Below, piece after piece: positions 1 to 9,046 of a stretch of 32,000 nucleotides of DNA. The notes under the pieces are model-generated. The model saw nothing but the letters and a program-made list of their open reading frames with translations. It did no database searches and was not told where the DNA came from. Both the position numbers and the translations under genes were made by a program. Source of the DNA: an archaeon (lineage in GTDB: Archaea; Asgardarchaeota; Thorarchaeia; Thorarchaeales; Thorarchaeaceae); assembly GCA_024275415.1 (NCBI GenBank), contig JAJRZD010000035.1:1-32000 (forward strand). Reading direction: 5' to 3'. Each line of letters begins with the position of its first letter. Position 1 is the stretch's first letter.

Positions 1-2
1 CC

Positions 3-1094
3 AAGCAAGGCGAGTCCCCTTCTTATGTGAGAACAAGTCTTGCAGCCGCGATGACAATGGGGAAAATGAGTGGAAGCTTCTATCGGAATGCGAAACTCCA
101 CTGTGTTAACCTCCTCCTGACATACGATGAAGGCTGTCACGCGAAATGTGCGTACTGTGGGCTATCTGGCTCGCGTGAAACCGAGTCTGAGTGGACCGAG
201 AACTCCTTCATCCGTGTTGACTGGCCTGTCTATTCCATCGAAGAGGTAAAGGAAGCACTAGCAAGTGGCGTCTGTCCTCATGTGGAACGTGTCTGTGTTT
301 CCATGATCACACTGGGAAAGGCCCGGGAGGATTGTATCTCCGTAGTGAAGGATCTGAGCGAGGTCATCCCTCGAATCTCTGTCCTGCTTACCCCGACAAT
401 CGTGAATAGAGATTGGCTTGTGCGCGTGAAAGAAGCAGGCACTGATAAGGTCGGAATCGCAGTGGACGCCGCGACACAAGAAATATTCGAAAAAATGCGT
501 GGAAAGGGCGTAAATGGTCCGCACCAATGGCAGCGATACTGGGACACCATCAAGGACTCCGTAGAAGTCTTCGGGAAACACAATGTGGGAGTACATCTGA
601 TAGTCGGGCTGGGCGAAACTGAGCAAGAGATGCTAGAAACAATCCAGCGTGCACACGATTTGGGTGCTCGGACACACCTGTTTTCATTCTTCCCCGAGGA
701 TGGCTCTGCAATGCAGGACATTCCCCAACCACCTCTTGGTGCTTACCGAAGAGTGCAGTTTGGGCGTTACATCATCAACTATGATCATGGACGATACGAG
801 GACATGACCTTCAACGAGCATGGACAACTCACGTCGTTCGGACTGGATTCTGATGTCTTCGAACGCCTGCTTTCCTCTGGTGAGCCATTCATGACCTCCG
901 GATGCTCTGGTGCTACAGTAGAGAATGCGTGTAATCGACCTTTCGGGAACTGCACTCCATTCCAAGCCGCTGTGGGACACTGGAGGAACTTTCCCATCAA
1001 CCCCAATCAGGATGATGTCGAGATAATCCGAGAGCAATTGAATGATTACTCGCTAACATATGATTTTGAAGAGGTCGAGAAAGAGTTTGAGTGA
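3..1094 (+). CDS. lipS2: Radical SAM protein, LipS2-type subunit of the archaeal two-component lipoyl synthase (probably 5'-truncated by the window edge)
   Basis: Frame is open from position 3 (KQGESPSYVRTSLAAAMTMG). CxxxCxxC (CHAKCAYC) plus C-terminal TSGC...CNRP, matching the TxGCxxC(N/D)RP-type motif described for LipS2. Lies next to a second radical SAM gene, a lipoate ligase and a GGR-like flavoprotein. Confidence 0.8.
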   Translation, partial: KQGESPSYVRTSLAAAMTMGKMSGSFYRNAKLHCVNLLLTYDEGCHAKCAYCGLSGSRETESEWTENSFIRVDWPVYSIEEVKEALASGVCPHVERVCVSMITLGKAREDCISVVKDLSEVIPRISVLLTPTIVNRDWLVRVKEAGTDKVGIAVDAATQEIFEKMRGKGVNGPHQWQRYWDTIKDSVEVFGKHNVGVHLIVGLGETEQEMLETIQRAHDLGARTHLFSFFPEDGSAMQDIPQPPLGAYRRVQFGRYIINYDHGRYEDMTFNEHGQLTSFGLDSDVFERLLSSGEPFMTSGCSGATVENACNRPFGNCTPFQAAVGHWRNFPINPNQDDVEIIREQLNDYSLTYDFEEVEKEFE

Positions 1095-2115
1095 TGACAT
1101 AGACTCGCTCCTTGATCTTTGTTTCAACGGATCCGAAGAGGAGCTTACACCACTCTTTGAGAAGGCATTCGAGGTTTCTCGATCCCGGTTCTCTAATGTG
1201 CTCGCACTACATGCTCCAGGGATGGTTCATTATAGCACAGATTTCCATACTGCAACTGACCCCTACCGTTTTCCAAGTGTTTCTATTTCTGGCTCAGGAT
1301 GTTCATTGAGCTGTGAGCATTGTAGTAGGAAGCTGCTTGAAACCATGATTCCTGCAACGACTCCAGAGATGCTATGGGAAACCTGCCTGAAAGTTTCCGA
1401 AAAAGGCGGAGAAGGGGTTCTCATCAGTGGGGGTTCTACGCCAAAGGGCAACACTCCTCTTCTGGACTTCATTCCTACAATCAAGCGGGTCAAAGAAGAC
1501 CTTGGATTAGATGTCGTCGTACACACAGGCGTTGTATATCCCGATGTGGCTGAAGGTCTTGGTGACGCAGGCGTAGATGGGGCAATGCTTGATATCATCG
1601 GTGATGAGGCTACATTGCGGGAGGTTTACCACCTTGATCTTCATGTCTAGGTCTTTGATGAATCTCTTTCGTTGCTAGAGGACAATAATGTCCCCAGTAT
1701 GCCTCATATAGTGGTCGGGCTCTATTATGGCAAGCTTCGTGGCGAGTCGAATGCCATCAGGATCATCGCTCGGCATGACCCGCAGTCTATCATCATTGTT
1801 GCCTTCAAGCCATTAGAAGAAACACCTATGCACAATGTGGTTCCAGCATCTCCACTGGATATCAGTCGTGTCCTCTTAGCATCTCGTCTGGTCTTTCCGG
1901 ACAAGCCTGTCATCCTTGGATGCGCGAGGCCGCATGGTGACCACCGCCGAGAAACAGACATCCTTGCAATCCGTGCTGGTATCAATGGGATGGCATACCC
2001 GACGGAGGAAGGATACGAGTTCGCAGAAACATTGGGACTAGTACCGAAGATGTCCAACAAATGCTGTTCGTTGATGGATGATGTATTGCCAATACACAGG
2101 GAGCTGAAGATGTAG
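1087..2115 (+). CDS. lipS1: Radical SAM protein, LipS1-type subunit; reading frame interrupted by an in-frame TAG at 1648-1650
   Basis: ORFs 1060-1650 and 1672-2115 share one frame separated only by TAG. The N-half has CSLSCEHC (CxxxCxxC); the C-half has GCAR (1918-1929) and CC (2062-2067), the motifs described for LipS1. Start is TTG 1087 (8-nt overlap with lipS2) or ATG 1060. Confidence 0.8.
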
Positions 2116-3729
2116 ATGGAACAATGGAGATTGCTGGACACAGGTGTTCTCACAGGCTCTGAGAATATGGCGTTAGATGATGCGATATTGGAATGCCGCT
2201 CGGCAGGCACGACTCCTAATACACTCAGATTCCTTCAATTCAACCCTGCCACTGTGTTGGTCGGGTTTCATCAATCAATAGCGCAAGAGGTTCGATTGGA
2301 CTATTGCAGGGCCCATGGCATCGATGTTAATCGGCGCATCACTGGAGGCGGTGCAATCCTCTTTACTCCCACCTGTCTTGGATGGGAGATATTTGCCGAT
2401 AAATCCGTTCCCGGGATACACGAGCTTCGTTACGACCTGGATCGTCTGGCTCAGTTGATATGCTCAGGGACTGTGCTCGGTCTGAAGGAGTTAGGCGTCG
2501 AGGCTGAGTTCCGTCCAAAGAACGATATCGAGGTCAATGGACGAAAGATATCCGGTACTGGCTGGACTGAACGCGGCACTGCGTTCATGTATCAGGGAAC
2601 CTTATTGGTGGACTTTGATGTCGAACTGATGCTGAGAACTCTGCGAATTCCCGTCGAGAAGCTACAGGACAAAGAGATTGAAAGCGTGAAGGAACGAGTG
2701 ACCTGTCTAAAATGGGAACTTGGGTATGTCCCCCCATTGAACGAGATAAAACGGGCTCTCGCAAACGGGTTCGAGCAAGTCTTTCAGATGGAGTTAGAAG
2801 AAGGTAGGCTTACTTCAGAAGAAGAGGCTGTATTCAAGGAGTTCCTCCCAGAGTACCAGTCTGATGACTGGATTGACATGGTCAAACCCCCCAAGGATCA
2901 CGCAGGACATGTGACCGCCGTCAGAAAGACCCCCGGAGGTCTGATTCGTGTTTCGTTGTCGTTGAATGTGGCTGGCAATTTCATCACTAACAGTTTCATT
3001 ACTGGTGATTTTCAGATATTCCCCCAGCGTGCAGTTATGGATCTTGAAGCCAAGCTGAAGAATATTGCCACCGATGAAGAAACCATCCGGAAGAATGTCA
3101 TCGAGTTCTTTGAGCAGACTGGAACGAGGATATTTGGTGTCGAACCCGAGGAGCTTGTCCAATTGTTCCTTGAGGCAACAAAGAAGACTGCTTTCAAAGA
3201 GATTGGAATATCCCTTGAGGACTCTAACCACCTTATGACAGTAAACTTCATGCCTGATGAGGTCTTGGATCAGAGATTCGACTATATCCTTCTTCCCTAT
3301 TGTGCCAAGCTTGTCAATTGTGATTATAGACAAACTGAAGGATGCAGTGTATGTGGCGCATGTACTATCGGCGATATCTACGAGCTCGCTCAGGACTTGG
3401 ACATTCCCGTTCGAACTATTCAGAACTTCGAGCACCTCATTGCGACCATTGACGAGTTCAAGAAAAAAGGTGCACGGGGCTATGTTGGTTCCTGTTGTGA
3501 AGGGTTCTATAACAAGCACCATCGGGATTTCCTTGAAACTGGAGTGCCAGGTTTGCTCATAGATGTTGATGACTCAACATGCTACGAACTTGGAGAAGAG
3601 CATGATGCATATGTCGGTAAATTCGAAGGTCAGACTGCGCTGAAGCTTGAACTCTTGCGAAGAGTGCTCTCGGCCCTAAGAGAGAGAGGACGTATTCATG
3701 GGAGGACAACCGAGAGTGCAAAAGTATGA
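2116..3729 (+). CDS. Lipoate-protein ligase, Lpl(AB) order (catalytic plus accessory domain), with a C-terminal Cys-rich DUF116-like domain
   Basis: WRLLDTG..G..NMALD, RRITGGGAI, KNDIEVNGRKISGTG catalytic signatures; KTPGGLIRV accessory domain; C-terminal LPYCAK...C...CSVCGACTIG...GSCCEG. Confidence 0.88.
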   Translation: MEQWRLLDTGVLTGSENMALDDAILECRSAGTTPNTLRFLQFNPATVLVGFHQSIAQEVRLDYCRAHGIDVNRRITGGGAILFTPTCLGWEIFADKSVPGIHELRYDLDRLAQLICSGTVLGLKELGVEAEFRPKNDIEVNGRKISGTGWTERGTAFMYQGTLLVDFDVELMLRTLRIPVEKLQDKEIESVKERVTCLKWELGYVPPLNEIKRALANGFEQVFQMELEEGRLTSEEEAVFKEFLPEYQSDDWIDMVKPPKDHAGHVTAVRKTPGGLIRVSLSLNVAGNFITNSFITGDFQIFPQRAVMDLEAKLKNIATDEETIRKNVIEFFEQTGTRIFGVEPEELVQLFLEATKKTAFKEIGISLEDSNHLMTVNFMPDEVLDQRFDYILLPYCAKLVNCDYRQTEGCSVCGACTIGDIYELAQDLDIPVRTIQNFEHLIATIDEFKKKGARGYVGSCCEGFYNKHHRDFLETGVPGLLIDVDDSTCYELGEEHDAYVGKFEGQTALKLELLRRVLSALRERGRIHGRTTESAKV

Positions 3730-4786
3730 TGTGGTTGTTGTCGGTGCAGGTCCTGCCGGGTGCAGTGCTGCCGTCACATGTGCATCATTAGGAATGGAAG
3801 TTCTTCTACTATACCGCAAAAAGAAGGAGGCGCGGAAACCCTGCGGTGGAGTTCTACCTTGGATTACCACCGAGATAATTGAGGACATCTTTGACGAGGC
3901 GTTGCCTTCTAGGGTAATGAACAACCCTCAAGAGCTGGGTCTCTATTACGTCCCACCGAGCGGACGAAACGAGAGCGGTCGTGTCAGGAACTACAGGATT
4001 CACTATATTGTCCGTGAGAAGTTCGATGCATGGCTGATTGATATTACTGCCAGCGCAGGTGTTGAAGTCTTGACCGAAACCCGGGCCATCGCCCTCGAAG
4101 GTAACTCTCCTATAACAGTTCATGCTAAACGGCACAGCGGGGAAGAAATGTCATTCCAAGCAGAATATTTAGTCGGCGCAGATGGCGTTAGTTCGATGGT
4201 CAGACGGTCATTGTCCTTGGAGTCCGCAGCGGACTTCTTGATTGTGGGACAGCAGCTTTGGAGTAATAGAAGACATAGCGACCTAGAGGATAATTTCTAC
4301 GGCTTTTTCCGTGGGGACATTTCCATTGCATATTCCTATGCTATCCCAAAAGGCGATGACATACTGATTGGCACAGGCGTTCGACCTAGGCAAACACCCC
4401 ATGCCTTTGATGCACTTGATCGTTTCAAGGAATGGCTTGTTGACGACTTCAACTTTGATGATTCTACAATGTTGAAAAAAGAAACATGGGCAATCCCATT
4501 CGGATATTTCATCCCTGGGACAGGCAACACCTTGTTGGTAGGTGACGCAGCAGGACTATGCAACCCACTTTCTGGAGAAGGTATCCGATTGGGAATAGAG
4601 TCTGGTGAGGCGGCAGGTTCAGCAATCTCCAAAGCTAAAGAAGGTAATGACCTCTTGCAGTATTATATCCGTGAAGTCGATGGCATCGCTCGTATGGTAT
4701 TGGACTTGCACAAGTTCGTCGTCACAAGCACAGACGAATCGAGACAGGAATTTGTCCGGCAAGAACTGACGCGAGGCATCATCTAA
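3698..4786 (+). CDS. Geranylgeranyl-reductase-family FAD-dependent oxidoreductase; LipT-like by context
   Basis: DVVVVGAGPAG FAD motif, KPCGG, VGADG..S, LLVGDAAG..NPLSGEGI. Overlaps the ligase 3' end and is the fourth gene of the lipS cluster. Confidence 0.85.
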   Translation: MGGQPRVQKYDVVVVGAGPAGCSAAVTCASLGMEVLLLYRKKKEARKPCGGVLPWITTEIIEDIFDEALPSRVMNNPQELGLYYVPPSGRNESGRVRNYRIHYIVREKFDAWLIDITASAGVEVLTETRAIALEGNSPITVHAKRHSGEEMSFQAEYLVGADGVSSMVRRSLSLESAADFLIVGQQLWSNRRHSDLEDNFYGFFRGDISIAYSYAIPKGDDILIGTGVRPRQTPHAFDALDRFKEWLVDDFNFDDSTMLKKETWAIPFGYFIPGTGNTLLVGDAAGLCNPLSGEGIRLGIESGEAAGSAISKAKEGNDLLQYYIREVDGIARMVLDLHKFVVTSTDESRQEFVRQELTRGII

Positions 4787-4843
4787 GAGGCATGGCGCCT
4801 ATCGGAACTAATTAATTACTTCCTGATTCTTAGATGTGCAAAG

Positions 4844-6208
4844 TTGGACTCTACCATGCTCGTTGATAAGACCCTGTGTGACCCAAGCAAATGTGATATC
4901 GAGTGCTACAAGGCTTGTCTTGAAACCCATGGTTCGGATGCTCCTCTCACTTATGACATGGGTGGGGGCTATCCAACCATAAGACAAGAATCCTGTACTA
5001 ATTGCTTGAGATGTCTTCGCGCATGCCCCTATAACGCATTGAAGACTGACTCGACAAGAAAACGACGTACACACCCCGAGAGGAAAAAGGGACGTAGCCC
5101 GCAGAAGAAACCATACGTGGTGTCTTCGCAATGGGTCAGATTCTCGGAAGCCGACATGATTTTTGCTCGCGTACGTAATGACCCCTCCTTCGAGAACTAT
5201 CAGAAGAGTGAATGGTGGGGGGCTGAGAACATGATTGCACAGGGAATACCTGGGTATGGGCGGTTCGAGCATCATCTTGCAGCAGCTGGATGGACACTAT
5301 ATGATGAACGTACGAAGATTAATCCTCGTACGACCGATTACAGGACTACCATATCAAAGTCCAAGAGGATCAAGTCATCGCGTGAAACCTTAACAGATGC
5401 TATCAAGCGAGCTGCCCGTTTCTATGGTGCAGATCTCGTTGGAGTCGCAAGGGTTGATTCAAGATGGTTGTACACGCAGAACCGGAACCGTGAGGACTAT
5501 CACTTTCCCAAGTCTTTAAACCGGGCGGTTGTCATCGCGGTGGAAATGGACTATGACGGCATAGCGACTTCTCCTGCCTTTACATCATCTGCAGTCACTG
5601 CATTAGGGTACTCACGCATGGCTTTTGTGGAAATAGAATTGGCAGGCTTCATTAGGAGTTTAGGGTATACAGCTGTGCCCACTGGGAACGATATCGCTCT
5701 TAGTGTTCCCATGGCAATTGATGCAGGCCTCGGGATGGTCGGACGGAACGGGATACTGATAACGAAGGAATTCGGTCCTCGAGTTCGGATCGCAAAGGTA
5801 CTGACTGATATGCCTCTTGAATACGATGAGCCTGACATGAAATTCTGCAAATCTATCATCGAATTCTGTAAGGTCTGTGAAAAATGTGCAAGCACATGCC
5901 CCTCGCAGTCCATACCCTACGGAGAAAGACAAACCTGGAAAGGGGAAACACGCTCGAACAATCCGGGAGTGAAGAAATGGTATATCAATCCCGAAACATG
6001 CTATAACTTCTGGATCGAGAATGGTTCAGAGTGCTCCAACTGCATACGTTCTTGTCCCTACAATAAGCCAAACAATGTGTTTCATCGCTTCATTGTATGG
6101 ATTACCGTGAACTTGCCATGGCTGGACAAGGTCATCGTGAAGATGGATGACTTGTTCGGTTTCGGTAGACAAAAGAACCCCTTGTCGTATCTCGCCAAGC
6201 TTAAATGA
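4844..6208 (+). CDS. rdhA: Reductive dehalogenase-like cobalamin/Fe-S protein (RdhA family) with an extra N-terminal 2x[4Fe-4S] domain
   Basis: FYGADLVGVA, IAVEMDY, VPMAIDAGLG.VGRNG.LIT.EFGPRVR..KVLTD.PL, CKVCEKCASTCP and C...CSNCIRSCP. The DMIFAR and W..NPETCY.FW segments fit RdhA better than QueG. No Tat signal. Alternative start ATG 4856. Confidence 0.75.
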   Translation: MDSTMLVDKTLCDPSKCDIECYKACLETHGSDAPLTYDMGGGYPTIRQESCTNCLRCLRACPYNALKTDSTRKRRTHPERKKGRSPQKKPYVVSSQWVRFSEADMIFARVRNDPSFENYQKSEWWGAENMIAQGIPGYGRFEHHLAAAGWTLYDERTKINPRTTDYRTTISKSKRIKSSRETLTDAIKRAARFYGADLVGVARVDSRWLYTQNRNREDYHFPKSLNRAVVIAVEMDYDGIATSPAFTSSAVTALGYSRMAFVEIELAGFIRSLGYTAVPTGNDIALSVPMAIDAGLGMVGRNGILITKEFGPRVRIAKVLTDMPLEYDEPDMKFCKSIIEFCKVCEKCASTCPSQSIPYGERQTWKGETRSNNPGVKKWYINPETCYNFWIENGSECSNCIRSCPYNKPNNVFHRFIVWITVNLPWLDKVIVKMDDLFGFGRQKNPLSYLAKLK

Positions 6209-7764
6209 CCTCTGAACACCCCGTTGCGAAGGAGAATAAGTATTACAACATCATAAAACTGGTAGATACGCATAATCAATGTTCATTTCATCCAAACGAG
6301 GCTGATACGATGACTAAGAAGGTACAACGACGCAACACGGAAGACAAACCTTCTCACTTCGAGTTCACCCTCGGCGATGTCAAGCTGGATGAAACCGTGT
6401 TACATATGATTCTTGAACACAGCCACGATGCAGTTCTTATTGTTGGAATGGACTATAAATTCGAATACGTGAGCGAAGAAGGCTATAAGATGGTGAATGC
6501 AAAGGCAGGTGAGCTTATCGGTCTTGACTTCAGAGAGTACATGCCTGATGAAATGGCTCGCAAAGAGGTTGTGCAGCGGTTACGGGACATGCTTGCAGGT
6601 AAAGATGTGTCGCCTTCCTATAGCACTAAGATTCTCGATACCGACGGGAACATCCTCCATGTCGACATTCGAATAGTATTGATTCGTGATATCAATGACC
6701 AGCCAAAGGCACTGGTTCTGGTTCACGATAGGACAGAAGAGCGACTGAGTCAGGTTGCGCTTGAGGAGTCAGAATATCGTTATAGGTCACTCGTTGAGTC
6801 GATGAATGACGGTTTGGCGGTTGATACTCCTGATATGATTCTAACATACGCTAATGATGCCTTTTGTCAGATGTTGGAATACACAAGGGACGAGATTGTG
6901 GGACGATGCTGGCTTGATTTCACAACTGCTGATAGGGATGAAATGGAAGAACGTATCCGACAACGGGAAGAAGGTCAGTCAGAACGTTACGAGCTAGAAT
7001 GGATCACAAAGTCAGGACGGGCAGTCTATACCCTTGTGTCTGCTGTTCCCCTGTTCGATAGGTCTGGGGAGTTCAAGGGCACTTTTGGCGTAGTGACCGA
7101 CATAACAACGCAGAAGGAATATGAGGACACCATACAGTTCTATCTCGATCTGCTAACTCATGATATTGCCAATCAGCTTCAGGTCATCATGACTGCTGTA
7201 GGACTCCTTGACCAAGACCTGCCCAAACAGTACCTCGATGATGCTCGACAGGACATCACTGATGCCATCCAACGATGCGACAGGTTGATCACGAAGGTCA
7301 AACGTGCCGGGCAGACGCGATACCTGCCTCTCACCAGAATGGATCTTGCAACCGTCATCAAGGAGAAGGCGGCAGTTCTGCAAAGGGTATACTCTACGGA
7401 AGTAACCTTGAAAGGGATGAATGGTGCTTCTATGGTCTGGGCTGATGCCCTTCTAGGCGAGATGGTGTGGAACCTTCTAGAGAATGCAGCGCGTCACAAT
7501 CCAAGTAAGAAACGTAGAGTATGGATTTCAACATCACGAAAGAATGGCAATCTGCAACTTGTTATCTCTGATAATGGTCCAGGCATTTCAGACTCGAAGA
7601 AAAAGACCCTCTTCCAAAAAATGCAGCGGTCTGGAGGAGTTGGCCTCACCCTAGTATCCCAAATGATTCGCAAGTATGGAGGCACTATTGAGGTGAACGA
7701 CAGGGTGAAGGGCTCGCCCTCAAAAGGGGCGAAGTTCATCATCACCTTGAAGCCAGCAGAATAG
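6205..7764 (+). CDS. PAS-PAS sensor histidine kinase (soluble)
   Basis: Two PAS/PAC units, H-box LLTHDIANQL, N-box NLLENAARH, G1 DNGPGI, G2 GGVGL; no TM segment. Start is 6205 (ATGA overlap with rdhA) or 6310. Confidence 0.88.
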   Translation: MTSEHPVAKENKYYNIIKLVDTHNQCSFHPNEADTMTKKVQRRNTEDKPSHFEFTLGDVKLDETVLHMILEHSHDAVLIVGMDYKFEYVSEEGYKMVNAKAGELIGLDFREYMPDEMARKEVVQRLRDMLAGKDVSPSYSTKILDTDGNILHVDIRIVLIRDINDQPKALVLVHDRTEERLSQVALEESEYRYRSLVESMNDGLAVDTPDMILTYANDAFCQMLEYTRDEIVGRCWLDFTTADRDEMEERIRQREEGQSERYELEWITKSGRAVYTLVSAVPLFDRSGEFKGTFGVVTDITTQKEYEDTIQFYLDLLTHDIANQLQVIMTAVGLLDQDLPKQYLDDARQDITDAIQRCDRLITKVKRAGQTRYLPLTRMDLATVIKEKAAVLQRVYSTEVTLKGMNGASMVWADALLGEMVWNLLENAARHNPSKKRRVWISTSRKNGNLQLVISDNGPGISDSKKKTLFQKMQRSGGVGLTLVSQMIRKYGGTIEVNDRVKGSPSKGAKFIITLKPAE

Positions 7765-7773
7765 TCCTGCCAA

Positions 7774-8040
7774 TCATCTATTGATCCTTCTCTGAACCCT
7801 GTCATACAATCTCAGGTAGAAATTACGTTTCTTGACCTTCTTATTAAGGTCGAAGAAATTCGTGTTGATTCTGTATAGCTTCCTCTTCAACTCGTCATAC
7901 GGTTTCAGCGTACTCCCGTCACACATAGAGGAGAAGATAGAAGCAACTGTTTCAGGAAAATCATCGATATATTGACATCGCTCCAGTTGGATATGAAGCA
8001 ATGTGCTTTTCAGAATTGTTTCTTGCATAGCACTCTTCAT
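7774..8040 (-). CDS. Hypothetical protein (88 aa)
   Basis: ATG-started ORF filling the gap between a convergent kinase gene and an AT-rich divergent promoter region. Confidence 0.55.
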   Translation of the reverse strand: MKSAMQETILKSTLLHIQLERCQYIDDFPETVASIFSSMCDGSTLKPYDELKRKLYRINTNFFDLNKKVKKRNFYLRLYDRVQRRINR

Positions 8041-8193
8041 TTTGGTCCCCAGCAGCGTATTATAGGATATTATTAATTAAGAATTCTGGTAGATTAATCC
8101 GAATATTCAATTATTGGATTCAACATCATAGTGTCTGCTTCCAATGCAGATTTAACTATAGGACCTGAAAAATCCTTGAGGTTCGTCTGAAGT

Positions 8194-8889
8194 ATGCGGA
8201 TAGCTTCGATAATCGATATCAGTCTGGTCGATGTTCCTAGGATCCCAGTCACAGTCATCTTTACGGGAGGGTGTAATTTCGACTGCCCCTATTGTCAAAA
8301 TGCCAGTTTAATCCCGCGCTCGAGTGGTGAAGAGCTCTCTCATGATGACATCATCGCCAAGATGGATGATTTTCTTTCAGACGGGTTCTGTATCACTGGT
8401 GGAGAGCCCACCATACAAAACGATCTCCCGGACTTCCTCGGCGCGCTCCGAAAACGCATTGGAGGACATATCAATCTAAACACGCAAGGCTCCATTCCCA
8501 CGACCCTCAAGAGGTCGCTACCCTTCCTAGATTCTGTATGGTTCGACATCAAGGCTTCCCCTAGCCATTATCAGGTCGTAAGCAGGACTAAGCATGATCC
8601 ATGGCCCTATATCCGGGAGAGCATAGACCTAGTTCTCCGTGCTGATGCCGAATTCTGGCCAAGAACTACTTATGTAGGCAATCTATTATCCCCTCAAGAT
8701 CTTGTGGACATCCTTGAGTTTCTTGAAGGGGTTGGATTTGACGGGACTTATACGATTCAAAACTACGTTCAATCAGCGGGTGTCCGACCCGATGAAACCT
8801 CTCATTTAGTAGAACTAGATATGAGCGATGCAGTGGACGCAGTCGAGTCATTTGCTCCTTCTTTTGATATCTCTTTCATGTGGAGATAG
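8194..8889 (+). CDS. nrdG: Anaerobic ribonucleoside-triphosphate reductase activating protein (glycyl-radical activase, radical SAM)
   Basis: ISLVDVP...VIFTGGCNFDCPYCQN, ITGGEPTIQ, NLNTQGS, FDIKA, RTT motifs typical of the NrdG2 type. Confidence 0.8.
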   Translation: MRIASIIDISLVDVPRIPVTVIFTGGCNFDCPYCQNASLIPRSSGEELSHDDIIAKMDDFLSDGFCITGGEPTIQNDLPDFLGALRKRIGGHINLNTQGSIPTTLKRSLPFLDSVWFDIKASPSHYQVVSRTKHDPWPYIRESIDLVLRADAEFWPRTTYVGNLLSPQDLVDILEFLEGVGFDGTYTIQNYVQSAGVRPDETSHLVELDMSDAVDAVESFAPSFDISFMWR

Positions 8890-9046
8890 TTTTGACTGTA
8901 GCGAAAAGGTTCATCATGCGCGTCATGAAAAAGCGATGTTTTCTCGGATTGTGAACACCACTAGATTCTTTCTCCTATTGTATTCTTCAATTCCCAATTG
9001 CACCATGACTCTTCCAGTTCATCCAAGATTGTTTTTTTTGGTAATA

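Noticed and set aside
1680-1693. GGACA-ATAA-TGTCC hairpin 30 nt after the lipS1 amber as a PYLIS-like element
   Set aside because: Only a 5-bp stem within coding sequence, expected by chance; PYLIS is not required for Pyl insertion anyway.
4809-4818. Palindrome TAATTAATTA before rdhA and TTAATTAA at 8073-8080 as a shared operator
   Set aside because: Low-complexity AT palindromes in promoter regions; indistinguishable from TATA-like background.
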